Source: an uncultured delta proteobacterium (lineage in GTDB: Bacteria; Myxococcota_A; Polyangia; Polyangiales; Polyangiaceae). From it: a stretch of DNA of 64,000 bases. The notes under the pieces were generated by a model. The model was not told the DNA's origin and did no database searches. It saw only the letters and a program-made list of their open reading frames with translations. The translations under genes were made by a program, and so were the position numbers. This document shows, piece by piece, positions 43,244 through 56,231 of this stretch (position 1 is the stretch's first letter; every line of letters begins with the position of its first letter). The DNA is taken from assembly GCA_963716725.1 (NCBI GenBank), contig CAVQUB010000021.1:128001-192000 (forward strand). The letters are read 5' to 3'.

Positions 43244-43784
43244 TCGACACGGCTCGGTGATCTCGCGCGAAGCGAGCCCGAATGCCCGCTGCGTCCCCGG
43301 CTCTCGAAAGGGAGTCGGGGATTCGTCGTTTGTGGGGACGTCCTCGCTGCGTCTCATGGCGCGCGTACAGGCGCTCGAGGCCGCGCCAGACGGCGGCGTA
43401 GCGTGACAGCTCGGCAGCCAGCGCTTGGCGGCCCACGTTCAGCGTGGGAGCGACGAGGCCGGCGGAGGCGAGGCCCGCGATCAAGCGATCCATCGCTGCC
43501 ACCGCTTGGGTTCGGTCGCTGCCCTCGGCGGTAGTGGCGACCACTGCGGCGAGCGCTTCGACGACGGCCGCGGGCACCGGACGCACCCCGTGCTCGAGCC
43601 CCACCGGCACGAGCACGTGCTCGCGGCGCAAGCGCCAGTCGATCCCGGAACAGGGTTCGCCCCAGGTACGCAGCCGGCGCCGATCGCCGGAGGCAGCCTC
43701 GTACTCACCATCTCCGAACAACACGAAGAGGGGCGCGCTCGACGAAGCTTCGCCGCTGAGCTGCATGTTCTTGTCGATTGCCAC
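43224..43784 (-). CDS. Hypothetical protein (3' end uncertain)
   Basis: Coding-like GC-rich third positions in the 5' two thirds and a GGAG RBS; 3' end runs through the HU terminator and overlaps HU. Confidence 0.45.
   Translation of the reverse strand: MAIDKNMQLSGEASSSAPLFVLFGDGEYEAASGDRRRLRTWGEPCSGIDWRLRREHVLVPVGLEHGVRPVPAAVVEALAAVVATTAEGSDRTQAVAAMDRLIAGLASAGLVAPTLNVGRQALAAELSRYAAVWRGLERLYARHETQRGRPHKRRIPDSLSRAGDAAGIRARFARDHRAVSITAPDL
43294..43321 (+). terminator. Probable intrinsic terminator after the HU gene
   Basis: TCCCCGGCTCTC-GAAA-GGGAGTCGGGGA hairpin followed by TTCGTCGTTT. Confidence 0.6.
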
Positions 43785-43950
43785 GGGGATCTCCGCGAGT
43801 GCTGATGCCGTCGCTCGAGTCGTGGGTCGAGCGCATCAGTAAGCGAGCGACGCAGGATGTGGTCTCAGGTGCGAGCGTTGGCTGCGATTATCGGCACCCC
43901 GCCGCGCCGACGGGGTAGACTCGAGCCTTCCCCCTTAGAGGTCACACGCC

Positions 43951-46359
43951 ATGATGCGCTCGCTTCGCTCGCTCGGGGCTGCTGCACTCTGTGCTGGAGT
44001 CTGGATCATGTCCTGCTCGCTCACGGCGGAGGACAACCTCGCGGGCGGCGGCAGCGGCGGGACAGCCGCCAGCGCCGGGGACGCCGGTGCAACGGGGGGC
44101 GCAGACTCCGGGAAGGATGCGAACGGCGACGGCAGCGGCAGCTGCCCGACTGGCTTCGACGACTGCGACGGAGACGGCAAGAACGGGTGCGAGACCAACG
44201 TGGCCCAGGACCCCAGCAACTGCGGCGCCTGCTCCAAGCAATGCGCCAGCGGCGGCGGAAGCGCCACCTGCACGGCGGGCGTCTGCGGCACTTCGAACTG
44301 CCCGGCGCCCACCGCGGATTGCAACGGCACCCCCGCGAGCTGCGAGACGAACCTCCAAACTTCCGTCCAGAATTGCGGATTCTGCGGCAACGCTTGCAGC
44401 CCATTGAACGCGACAGGCACCTGCGTCGCCGGGCAGTGCGGCATGGGCGCCTGCAGCTCTGGCTTCGGCGACTGCGACAGCAACCCGGCCACTGGCTGCG
44501 AAGCGTCACTCAGCACGCTGACCGATTGCGGCTCCTGCGGCAGCGTGTGCGCCATCGCCAACGCGACGGCTTCGTGCTCCACGGGCACCTGCCAGTTCGC
44601 CCAGTGCAGCGCGGGCTTCGACAACTGTGACTCCGTCGCGAACAACGGCTGCGAAACCAACGTGCAGCAGGACCCGAAGAACTGTGGCACGTGCGGCAAC
44701 GCCTGCCCCGCCTCCGGCGGCACTCCGATCTGCAACGCCGGCGTTTGCGGCGTCTCGTCGTGCACGGCGCCAAACGGCGACTGTGACGGCAATGCCTCGA
44801 CCTGCGAAACGAACCTGCACACCTCCCTGCAAAACTGCGGTTTCTGCGGCAATGCCTGCAACGCATCGAACGCCACTCCAACTTGCACCACCGGAACCTG
44901 CGGGATCGGGGCTTGCACCAGCGGCTTTGGCAACTGCGACTCCAACGCCAGCAACGGCTGCGAAACCGCGCTGAGCAGCCTGAGCAACTGCGGGACCTGC
45001 GGCAAGACTTGCTCGTTCCCCAACGCAAATGCCTCGTGCGCCACGGGCACGTGCGTGTTTTCGAGCTGCGTGACCGGCTTCGGCAACTGCGACAACAACA
45101 CCAGCAACGGCTGCGAGGCCGCGCTCAATCTGCCGACAAAGTGCGGGAGCTGCACCACCAGCTGTCCGACCCTTCTGAACTCCACGCCGACCTGCAACGG
45201 AACGACTTGCGGCTTCGCTTGTAGCCCGGGCTTCGGGGACTGCACCTCCTCTTCGGGCTGCGAGACCAACATCAACACCACGGTCTCGCGCTGTGGCTCC
45301 TGCTCCAACAACTGCTCTTCGACGGCGCCGCCCTACACCACCCCCACTTGCGTCGGCGGCGCCTGTCAATTTGAATGCCAGTATGGGCGCGCGGACTGCA
45401 CGGCTGCGCCGGGATGCGAGACGGACGTCCTCAGCAACTCGGCCAACTGCGGGGCCTGCGGGCACGACTGCCTGGGTGGCAGTTGCAGCAGCGGCATGTG
45501 TCCGACCACCATCCTCGCCAACAATCAGGATGAGGTTCAGTCGATTGCCCTCGACGGCAGCCACGTCTACTTCACCTGCCAGGGCAGTTGGGACGGGGTG
45601 AAGAAGGCGCCCAAGCTCTCGGGCGGCGTCACCACCATCGAGTCGACCTCGTCGGCGCGGGGCCTGGGCGTCGACGCATCCAATACTTTCTGGGCGCAAA
45701 GTGGCGGCATCATGCGGGACACTCTGACCAGCGGAGCAACCCCCACGTCTCTCACCAGCGTGTCGTCGCCCTACGGGGTCGCGCTCGACGCGACCCACGT
45801 CTACTTCACCGCGGGGTCGAGCAGCGGCAACGTCCAGCGCATCGGGAAAACCGGCGCGGGGCTGGAGACAATCTTGGCGATTCAGTCCACGCCCCGCGGC
45901 ATCGCGGTGGACGACACCTACGTCTTCTGGGCCAATCAGGGCGGATCCGTCTTGGCGGCCCACAAGATTTCGCTCGCTGCGACCACGCTGGCTACCGGAC
46001 AGTCGAGCCCGGAGGGAGTCGCGGCAGACGGCACCAACGTCTACTGGACGAACCGCTCTTCGAGCGGCTCAGTCTGGGCGCGCAAGCGCGACGCCAGCGC
46101 CGGCGCGTTCAGCATCGACTCGAGCGAGCAGTCGCCCCATGGCATCGCCGTCGATGCCAACTATGTCTACTGGACCAGCACGAACGCGAGTCAAGGCTAT
46201 GTGAAGAGGGCACCGAAGACCGGCGCTGGCCCGACACTGATCATCGCGCAAGTGCCCAACAGCTCCCAAGACCCGATACCCCTGGCCATCGACGCAAACT
46301 ACGCCTACTTCGCCGCAGGGGGCAGCGGCAACGTGAGCATCTACCAAGTCGCCAAATAA
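43951..46359 (+). CDS. Cys-rich lipoprotein with nine Stig1-like repeats and a C-terminal beta-propeller
   Basis: IMSC lipobox; repeats GFGDCDxNxxNGCE...NCGxCGxxC; propeller blades GIAVDxxxVYW. Confidence 0.87.
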   Translation: MMRSLRSLGAAALCAGVWIMSCSLTAEDNLAGGGSGGTAASAGDAGATGGADSGKDANGDGSGSCPTGFDDCDGDGKNGCETNVAQDPSNCGACSKQCASGGGSATCTAGVCGTSNCPAPTADCNGTPASCETNLQTSVQNCGFCGNACSPLNATGTCVAGQCGMGACSSGFGDCDSNPATGCEASLSTLTDCGSCGSVCAIANATASCSTGTCQFAQCSAGFDNCDSVANNGCETNVQQDPKNCGTCGNACPASGGTPICNAGVCGVSSCTAPNGDCDGNASTCETNLHTSLQNCGFCGNACNASNATPTCTTGTCGIGACTSGFGNCDSNASNGCETALSSLSNCGTCGKTCSFPNANASCATGTCVFSSCVTGFGNCDNNTSNGCEAALNLPTKCGSCTTSCPTLLNSTPTCNGTTCGFACSPGFGDCTSSSGCETNINTTVSRCGSCSNNCSSTAPPYTTPTCVGGACQFECQYGRADCTAAPGCETDVLSNSANCGACGHDCLGGSCSSGMCPTTILANNQDEVQSIALDGSHVYFTCQGSWDGVKKAPKLSGGVTTIESTSSARGLGVDASNTFWAQSGGIMRDTLTSGATPTSLTSVSSPYGVALDATHVYFTAGSSSGNVQRIGKTGAGLETILAIQSTPRGIAVDDTYVFWANQGGSVLAAHKISLAATTLATGQSSPEGVAADGTNVYWTNRSSSGSVWARKRDASAGAFSIDSSEQSPHGIAVDANYVYWTSTNASQGYVKRAPKTGAGPTLIIAQVPNSSQDPIPLAIDANYAYFAAGGSGNVSIYQVAK

Positions 46360-46374
46360 CACCCGACCAAGACC

Positions 46375-47928
46375 GTGATCTCCGACTCGCCCCCATCCGT
46401 CCGCATCATCGGCCGCTACGCGCTGCATCAAGAGATCGCGGCGGGTGGCATGGCCTCGGTGCACGTCGGGCGTCTCTTGGGACTGGCCGGGTTTTCGCGG
46501 ACGGTCGCCATCAAGCGGCTGCATCCGCACTTCGCCAAGGACCAAGAGTTCCTGGACATGTTCCTGGACGAGGCCCGCCTCGCGGCGCGCATCCGTCACC
46601 CCAACGTCGTCTCCACCCTCGATGTCGTTGCGCTCGAGGGCGAGCTCTTCATCGTGATGGACTACGTCCAGGGTGAATCGCTCTCGAAGCTGCTCCGCAC
46701 GAGCAGAAAGGCCGGCCAGCTCGTGCCGACGCCGATCGCGGTGAGCGTCTTCCTCGGCGTGCTCTACGGATTGCACGCGGCCCACGAAGCCAGGGACGAA
46801 CGCGGAGAACCGCTCGGCGTGGTGCACCGCGACGTCTCGCCGCAGAACATCCTGGTGGACACCGACGGCGCTGCGCGCGTCGTGGACTTTGGCGTGGCCA
46901 AAGCCGTCGGCCGCCTGCAGTCCACCCGGGAGGGTCAGCTCAAGGGCAAGCTGGCCTACATGTCTCCGGAGCAGGTCAAGGGCCAGCCGGTGGATCGCCG
47001 CACCGACGTGTTCGCGGCATCCGTCGTGCTCTGGGAAATGCTGACGGGCGCCCGTTTGTTTCAAGGCGACAGCGAAGCAGCGACCTACGCCAAGCTGATT
47101 GACGGCGTGATCGAGCCGCCGGGCAAGTACGCCAAGGATCTGCCCCAGGCTCTCGACGCCATCGTGCGGCGCGGTCTCGAACGCAACCCGGACGAGCGCT
47201 ACCCGACCGCCCTGGCAATGGCCGAGGATCTCGAGGGGATCGTCGCGCTGCCCTCGCCGCGCGAGGTCGGCAAGTGGGTGCGGGAGGTGGCCGGCGAAAC
47301 ACTGGCACAGCGGGCGAAACAGGTCGCCCAGGTCGAGGGCCACTCCGAGGTCAACGACATGTTACGCCAAGGGCTCGCGGATGCATCGGGGGCGCACGCA
47401 GCGCTCAGCGCCGAGTCCGAGGACGCGCCGACCCTGCTCCGACCGGAAGTCGCGTCGAGCCCGGTCCTGATCCACGAGGCTCAGAGCTCGTCGCAAGTGT
47501 CGAGCCTCAACATCGGCAGGACGCGGCCCCCGCCCGAGCGCATCGACACTCGCTCGCAGCTCAAGTTGATCTTGGGTCTGATCGCCGCGGGCCTGGCCCT
47601 CGCTCTGGTGCTGGCGCTGGTGATCGGCTTCGGCACGCGGTTCAAGGCGCGCCCGCCGGAGCCCGCCGCTGGCCCCGTGGTCGCCGCGACGCCTCCGCCG
47701 AAGGCCGAACTGGCCGAGCCGACGGCCGAGCCGGCCGCGGAGGTCACTCCGCCGCCCCCGGAGCCGACCGCCGAAGCCACACCCGCGGATGCGGAACCCA
47801 GCGCGATTCCCACCGCGTCGCCTCCGCCGAAGGCCCGGGTCACGAAGCAGGCGCCTCCCCCCAGCTGCAATCCGCCTTACACGCTGGACAAGGACGGAAC
47901 GCGCATCCCGAAGCTCGAGTGCTACTGA
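46375..47928 (+). CDS. Membrane Ser/Thr protein kinase with Pro-rich extracytoplasmic stalk and C-terminal CNPPY...KLECY motif
   Basis: AAGGMASV, VAIK, HRDVSPQN, DFG, AYMSPEQ, TM helix. Confidence 0.93.
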   Translation: MISDSPPSVRIIGRYALHQEIAAGGMASVHVGRLLGLAGFSRTVAIKRLHPHFAKDQEFLDMFLDEARLAARIRHPNVVSTLDVVALEGELFIVMDYVQGESLSKLLRTSRKAGQLVPTPIAVSVFLGVLYGLHAAHEARDERGEPLGVVHRDVSPQNILVDTDGAARVVDFGVAKAVGRLQSTREGQLKGKLAYMSPEQVKGQPVDRRTDVFAASVVLWEMLTGARLFQGDSEAATYAKLIDGVIEPPGKYAKDLPQALDAIVRRGLERNPDERYPTALAMAEDLEGIVALPSPREVGKWVREVAGETLAQRAKQVAQVEGHSEVNDMLRQGLADASGAHAALSAESEDAPTLLRPEVASSPVLIHEAQSSSQVSSLNIGRTRPPPERIDTRSQLKLILGLIAAGLALALVLALVIGFGTRFKARPPEPAAGPVVAATPPPKAELAEPTAEPAAEVTPPPPEPTAEATPADAEPSAIPTASPPPKARVTKQAPPPSCNPPYTLDKDGTRIPKLECY

Positions 47929-47941
47929 CGCCCCGGCGGCT

Positions 47942-48787
47942 TCAGAAGTTTCCCTGCGCCGAGAGCGTGCCACCGCCGCGGGTGGGCGAGAGCCCGATCG
48001 CCGGGCCGCTGGGGGCCTTGAGATACAAGTAGGTCCCGACGCCCAGCGCCGCGAGGCCGATCCCGAGCGAGATGTCCGCAATCAAGAGCTTGCGGTGCGC
48101 CGCGTCCACGTCGCCTTGGTCGCAGTTCGGAGCGCAACGGCTCTTCAGATCAGACTCGTCGCTCTTGCCGGTCAGACCGAAGTAAGCGAAACCGGTGATG
48201 CCCACCACGCCGACGCCGCCGAGCACGAGCATGACCGGGGTGACGCGCCGGGTGGGCTTGGGTGGCGGTGGCGCTTCCACGGGCGGGGGAGCCGCGACGC
48301 GCTCCACCTTCTTCGCAAAGGCGAGCTCGACCTGTTTCTTCTTCTCCCCGCGTGCAAGGGTCACAGCTTGCTCGACGGGCTCGAGACCCGGAGCTTCGAC
48401 CCGAAATTGGTGGGTGCCGGGTTCCAGCTCGATCGATCCATCGGCGGGCAGCGAGATCCGCTGGCCGTCGATCTGGACGTCCGCGTCGGAGAGCGCCGAC
48501 CCGTCGGGGCCTCTGACCACCAGCACCACACCCGCCATCGCAGCCTCCACCTCGCTCGACCACTGCCGGCAGTCTTTCACCATGCCCGCTGGACAAGCCG
48601 GGTTCAGGCACAGCTCCAGCTGAACCCGAGCGTCTCGAAGCTTGTCTTCGCGCGAGAGCTTCTGGGCCTGAACGTAGGCCGCCGCGCATTCCTTCTTTCC
48701 CAACTTGGCCTGCGCTCCTGCGGGCGCGGCGCCGAGTCCCACGCAAGCTAGGGCGAGAGCGGCAAGGAGGGCGCGGATCCGGTCCAT
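47942..48787 (-). CDS. Exported PEGA-like domain protein
   Basis: Signal peptide; CAAAYVQAQ...CLNPACP...DCRQW helical domain; VQIDG...LEPGTHQFRVEAPG PEGA-like region; hydrophobic C-terminus ending in F. Confidence 0.85.
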   Translation of the reverse strand: MDRIRALLAALALACVGLGAAPAGAQAKLGKKECAAAYVQAQKLSREDKLRDARVQLELCLNPACPAGMVKDCRQWSSEVEAAMAGVVLVVRGPDGSALSDADVQIDGQRISLPADGSIELEPGTHQFRVEAPGLEPVEQAVTLARGEKKKQVELAFAKKVERVAAPPPVEAPPPPKPTRRVTPVMLVLGGVGVVGITGFAYFGLTGKSDESDLKSRCAPNCDQGDVDAAHRKLLIADISLGIGLAALGVGTYLYLKAPSGPAIGLSPTRGGGTLSAQGNF

Positions 48788-48880
48788 CGCTGCGGATTGT
48801 CGCAGATCGTCGCGCGAATTGCAGCAGTAGGCCGGCAAAGGTTCTCGAGCAGGTGGACCAACCCGTCCGCTGGGGGGCTC

Positions 48881-49549
48881 TTAGGAGCCGTACTTGACCG
48901 AGCAGCCGTAGGCTTCGGTGCGGCTCACGGGAACCGCGCGCCCGCCCTCGAGCGCCTCGAGCGCTTGATCGACGTAGCTCACGAGCTTGCCGTCGGTCGG
49001 CGATTCACCCTCCCCGTCCGGCGAGTTGTCGATGGCGCCCGCGTAGACGAGCACGCCTTTGGCGTCGATGACGAACATGTGTGGCGTGTTCGTCGCACCG
49101 TACTTGCGCCCGACCGCGCCGCTCTCGTCGAGCAGCACGGGATACTTGATCCCGAAACGTTCGGCCGCCTCGCGGTTGGTCTCGACCCCGTGCCCTTGCT
49201 TGCCCGGCGCGCCGGAGTTGATCGCCAGCCACACCACCTGCGGATCCGCGCCCCAGCGGCTGCCCGTCCCGCGGAGCGAACCCTTCTGGTGCGCGCGCTG
49301 CACGTAGGGGCAGCCCGGGTTGAACCACTCGAGCACCACGATCTTTCCCGCAAAGCTCGACAGCTTCACCGACTTGCCCGCCACATCCCGGAGCTCGAAG
49401 TCGGGGGCCAGCGCGCCGAGCGTGGCGCTATCCTGATCTCGACCCGGCGCCGCGGACGGGGCGACCTCCGACGCGGGGAGCGTCGCCTTGGGCGAGTTGC
49501 ACGCGAGGGACCCGAGCGACACGAGGAACCAGGTGAGCCGAGAGCGCAT
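48881..49549 (-). CDS. Redoxin (AhpC/TSA-like) lipoprotein
   Basis: SLAC lipobox, APDFEL, LEWFNPGCPYV, YGATNTPH, GAIDN, YGCSVKY. Confidence 0.9.
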   Translation of the reverse strand: MRSRLTWFLVSLGSLACNSPKATLPASEVAPSAAPGRDQDSATLGALAPDFELRDVAGKSVKLSSFAGKIVVLEWFNPGCPYVQRAHQKGSLRGTGSRWGADPQVVWLAINSGAPGKQGHGVETNREAAERFGIKYPVLLDESGAVGRKYGATNTPHMFVIDAKGVLVYAGAIDNSPDGEGESPTDGKLVSYVDQALEALEGGRAVPVSRTEAYGCSVKYGS

Positions 49550-49677
49550 GGTTCCCAGCACTTAGGTGTGCGTCACGCTCAACGCAAGGGCGGCCATGCT
49601 GTTCGCGGGGCTCGCGATCCCGCTGCTGTTCTGCGCTTGGGGCCGGCGTCCACGCGTGGAACCCTCGGTCAACGCCC

Positions 49678-52296
<2,619 letters not shown>

Positions 52297-52381
52297 TCTT
52301 CCGTGTCCCTTTCGATCTCGGCGTGCCCTCGCTACCCTGCGGCGCCCGCTCCGGTCGGCGGAGCGAAACCAAAGGGAACCG

Positions 52382-53385
52382 ATGCAGCTCGGCATGGTGG
52401 GTCTGGGACGAATGGGCGCCAACATGGTGAGGCGCTTGATGCGCGGCGGTCACGAGTGCGTGGTCTCCGATCCGAGTGCCCCGGCGGTCGACGCCTTGGT
52501 GAAAGAGGGAGCCACCGGGGCTTCATCCCTCGAGGACCTGGTGATGAAGCTGGCGAAGCCACGGGCAATCTGCCTAATGCTGCCCGCGGCCATCACGGAC
52601 GCAGTCGCCGATCAAGTCGCCGCCCACCTGGAGCCCGGCGACACGCTGATCGACGGCGGCAACTCCCACTATCAGGACGACATTCTGCGAGCGAAGCGCC
52701 TCGCAACTCGGGGCATCCACTGCGTCGACATGGGCACCAGCGGCGGCGTGTTGGGCCTCGATCGCGGCTACTGCCTGATGATCGGGGGCGAGACGGAGGT
52801 CGTGCGGCGCCTCGACCCCATCTTCAAGACGCTCGCGCCGGGGCGGGGCGACATCCCGCGCACGCCTCACGCCGTGAGCGGCACGGCCGAGGAAGGCTAC
52901 CTACACTGCGGTCCGCCGGGCGGCGGTCACTTCGTCAAGATGATCCACAACGGGATCGAATACGGAATGATGGCGGCCTACGCCGAGGGCCTGAACATCC
53001 TGGCCAACGCCGACATCGGCAAGCGCTCCCACGAAAAGGATGCTGAGACGACGCCCCTCAGAAACCCCGAGCACTATCAGTTCGACTTCGACCTCGCGGC
53101 CATCACCGAGGTCTGGCGCCGCGGCAGCGTCGTCAGCTCATGGCTGCTCGACCTCACGGCGCAGGCCCTGGCGTCCGATCCGACCTTGGAAAATTTCGGG
53201 GAAAGGTCTCCGACTCCGGCGAAGGCCGCTGGACACTCGCCGCGGCGAACGATCTGGGCGTGCCGGCGCACGTGCTCGCGGCGTCGCTCTTCGAGCGCTT
53301 TGCGTCGCGCAATCTCGACCTTTTTCAGAATAAAGTGCTGTCCGCGATGCGCCGGGGCTTCGGCGGGCACTTGGAGAAGAAGTAG
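52382..53385 (+). CDS. gnd: 6-phosphogluconate dehydrogenase (decarboxylating, short type) with a single-base frameshift near 53200
   Basis: [34 protein letters not shown]-terminus [10 protein letters not shown]...[10 protein letters not shown] lies in another frame (ORF 53140-53385). Confidence 0.9.
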
Positions 53386-53387
53386 CC

Positions 53388-54794
53388 ATGCAGACGCCCG
53401 CCGCGCCCGCCGCCAAGCCACGCTCCGACGCGCTCGTCTTCTTCGGCGCGACGGGCGACCTCGCCTACAAGAAGATCTTCCCTGCGCTCCAGGCCATGGC
53501 CAAGCGTGGCAAGCTGGACTTCCCGGTGGTTGGGGTGGCGCGCTCGGGTCAGGATCTGCCACAGCTGATCGAGCGAGCCCGAGCCAGCTGCAGGGAGTAC
53601 GGCGGACTGGACGAGAGCGCGTTCGCGCAGCTCGCCCGCCAGCTCAGGTACGTCGACGGGGACTACGCCGATGAGAAGACCTTCGCGGCGCTCAAGGCCG
53701 AGCTCTCGGGTGCCCAGCGGCCCACGCACTACCTGGCGATCCCGCCGAGCATGTTCGCCACGGTGATCGAAAACCTAGGCAAGTCGGGCTGCGCCGCGGG
53801 CGGGTGCGTGGTCGTCGAGAAACCCTTCGGGCGCGACCTCCGGTCGGCGCGCGAGCTCAACGCGATCATCCACGCCGTGTTCGCTGAAGATTCGGTCTTC
53901 CGCATCGACCATTACCTGGGCAAGGAGGCGGTGCAGAACATCCTGTACTTCCGCTTCGCGAACGCCTTCCTGGAGCCGATCATGAATCGGCACTACGTCG
54001 AGAACGTGCAGATCACGATGGCGGAGAGCTTCGGCGTCAAAGGGCGCGGCAAGTTCTACGACGAGACGGGTGTGATCCGGGACGTGATCCAGAATCACTT
54101 GCTGCAAATCGTGAGCTATCTGGCCATGGAAGCCCCGTCGTCCATCATCCCGGAGGCCATCCGCGACGAGCAGGCAAAGGTGCTTCGCACGGTGCGGCCG
54201 CTGAGCCCAGACCAAATGGTCCGGGGTCAGTTCAGGGGCTATCGGGACGAGCCCGGTGTCGCCGTGGACTCCTACATGGCCACCTATGCGGCGCTTCGCT
54301 TGTACGTCGACTCGTGGCGCTGGGAGGGCGTGCCCTTCTACGTTCGCGCGGGCAAGTCCCTCGCGACGACCACCACCGAGGTCATGGTCGAGTTCAAGAA
54401 CCCACCTCAGGTGGTGTTCAACGAGCCGGCTCCTTCCATGGGCAACTACATCCGATTCCGGCTGAGCCCAGAGGTGCAGATCGCGATGGGAGCGCGTGCC
54501 AAACGCCCCGGAGAGGGCATGACCGGCAGGCCGATGGAACTCTCCGTGGTCGATCAAGCGCAGCCTGAGCAGCACGGGGTCCGCCTCGGTGACTACGAGC
54601 GCCTGCTCGGCGACGCGATGGGCGGAGACGCAACGCTCTTCGCCCGCACTGACGTGGTGGAGGCCGCCTGGGCCATCGTCGATCCGGTGATTCACGGTCC
54701 GAGCCGCATGTTCGAGTACGAGCCCGGCACCTGGGGACCCAAAGAGGCCGACGAGCTGACCGAAGAGGTCGGAGGATGGAACACGCCGTCATGA
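53388..54794 (+). CDS. zwf: Glucose-6-phosphate dehydrogenase
   Basis: [42 protein letters not shown]. Confidence 0.96.
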   Translation: MQTPAAPAAKPRSDALVFFGATGDLAYKKIFPALQAMAKRGKLDFPVVGVARSGQDLPQLIERARASCREYGGLDESAFAQLARQLRYVDGDYADEKTFAALKAELSGAQRPTHYLAIPPSMFATVIENLGKSGCAAGGCVVVEKPFGRDLRSARELNAIIHAVFAEDSVFRIDHYLGKEAVQNILYFRFANAFLEPIMNRHYVENVQITMAESFGVKGRGKFYDETGVIRDVIQNHLLQIVSYLAMEAPSSIIPEAIRDEQAKVLRTVRPLSPDQMVRGQFRGYRDEPGVAVDSYMATYAALRLYVDSWRWEGVPFYVRAGKSLATTTTEVMVEFKNPPQVVFNEPAPSMGNYIRFRLSPEVQIAMGARAKRPGEGMTGRPMELSVVDQAQPEQHGVRLGDYERLLGDAMGGDATLFARTDVVEAAWAIVDPVIHGPSRMFEYEPGTWGPKEADELTEEVGGWNTPS

Positions 54795-55486
54795 GCAAAG
54801 CCAAAGCATCAAAGCCCGCGGCGCCGGATCCGAAGGCCATCTTGGTCATCGACGTCGGAGGCAACAACGTCAAGGTTGCCCTAGGCCATCACGACCAACC
54901 GGTGAAGGTCCCGTCCGGGCGCGACATGACCGCCCAACAGATGATCGATGACGTGGTGCAGGCGACGCGAGACTGGAAGTACGAGGCCGTGAGCATCGGT
55001 TTTCCGGGTTCGGTGAAGGCGGGTCGACCCGCGCGCGAGCCCGCGAACCTGGCCGATGGCTGGGTCACGACGGACTTTGCCGCGGCGTTCGGCAGGCCCG
55101 TCCGCATCGTCAACGACGCCGCGCTTCAGGCGCTCGGCGCCCACGAAGGTGGCCGCATGCTCTTCCTCGGTCTGGGCACGGGGCTGGGCTCGACGCTGGT
55201 CAGCGATCTGGAGTTCGACCCGCTCGAGCTCGCACACCTGCCCTATCGAAAGGGCGGCAGCTTCGAGGACTACGTCGGCGAGCGTGGGCTCCTGCGCCTC
55301 GGCAAGAAGAAGTGGACCCGCCATGTCTTCCGGGTGGTGGCGCTGCTGCGCGACGCGCTTCAGGCGGACTACGTCGTGCTCGGCGGTGGTCAGACCAAGA
55401 AGCTGAAGACTGTCCCGCCGGGCGTGCGCCTGGGCGCGGGCAACGCCGCCATCGTCGGTGGCGTGCGCCTCTGGACGCGGCCCTAG
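54791..55486 (+). CDS. ROK family sugar kinase (polyphosphate glucokinase-like)
   Basis: [42 protein letters not shown]. Confidence 0.88.
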   Translation: MSKAKASKPAAPDPKAILVIDVGGNNVKVALGHHDQPVKVPSGRDMTAQQMIDDVVQATRDWKYEAVSIGFPGSVKAGRPAREPANLADGWVTTDFAAAFGRPVRIVNDAALQALGAHEGGRMLFLGLGTGLGSTLVSDLEFDPLELAHLPYRKGGSFEDYVGERGLLRLGKKKWTRHVFRVVALLRDALQADYVVLGGGQTKKLKTVPPGVRLGAGNAAIVGGVRLWTRP

Positions 55487-55584
55487 TCGCCGGCTAGCGC
55501 AAAGGAGCCGTTTCAACGCACGCGACCAACGCGGGCAGCACCGCGACCCACAGGGCTTTCATGCCAGCAACGCGGCCCCCGGGG

Positions 55585-55630
55585 TTGACACTTCGTCAGC
55601 TAATTGTTAATTGACACTCCGTCAACTAAT
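55585..55630 (+). promoter_or_regulatory. Tandem palindromic operator (TGAC-N5-GTCA, two copies) overlapping the promoter of the TetR gene
   Basis: TTGACACTTCGTCAGCTAAT (55585) and TTGACACTCCGTCAACTAAT (55611), 26-bp period, in an AT-rich patch. Confidence 0.75.
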
Positions 55631-56231
55631 GGCCCGCCCCGCCGAACCTGAAAAACGCCTGGAAATCGCCCGCGACGCCGTGGCGGTGCTGGCCCGCCTG
55701 GGGCTCGGCACACCGATGTCGCGTCTGGCGGACGAGCTCGGGGTCAAGCGCCCCACCCTGCACTATCACTTCCCGACCCGCGGCCACATCGTCGAGACGG
55801 CCCTCGAAGAGCTGCTCACGGAGCAGGCGCTGTTCGTGATGGAGCGAGTCAATCGCCAGACCCACCCCATCGATCGACTCTTCGCGCAGATCTGCGCGGT
55901 GCACGCATTCCACCATGGCCGGGAAGCGCGGATCGTGTTCCTGAGCCAGGCCATCGCCGCCAGCGGCGAACGCGTGAAGGAGATCATCGAGGTGGGCAAT
56001 CGCGTGTTCGAAGCGCAGCGACGCGCCACCGTCGAGCTGCTCGAAGCCGGCATGGCCAATGGCAGCGTGGTGCCCTGCGACGCGGAGGCGCTGGTCAACG
56101 TGATCCGCGCGCTGACGGACGGCTTGGTGGCCCAGCGGGTGATGACCGATCTCGACCTCGCCCCGGTACACGAGTTTCTGTGGACTCACCTCTTGAGTCC
56201 CCTCAAAAAGACACGAAAGAAGAAACGATGA
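55629..56231 (+). CDS. TetR/AcrR family transcriptional regulator
   Basis: MARPA...MSRLADELGVKRPTLHYHFPTR HTH. Confidence 0.9.
   Translation: MARPAEPEKRLEIARDAVAVLARLGLGTPMSRLADELGVKRPTLHYHFPTRGHIVETALEELLTEQALFVMERVNRQTHPIDRLFAQICAVHAFHHGREARIVFLSQAIAASGERVKEIIEVGNRVFEAQRRATVELLEAGMANGSVVPCDAEALVNVIRALTDGLVAQRVMTDLDLAPVHEFLWTHLLSPLKKTRKKKR

Noticed and set aside
43255..43345. Structured region after HU considered as a tRNA or ncRNA
   Set aside because: No cloverleaf, T-loop or CCA end; adequately explained as a terminator hairpin.
48815..48835. Possible sigma54 promoter upstream of the PEGA gene (CGGCCTACTGCTGCA, minus strand)
   Set aside because: Spacing is GG-N9-GC rather than the required N10.
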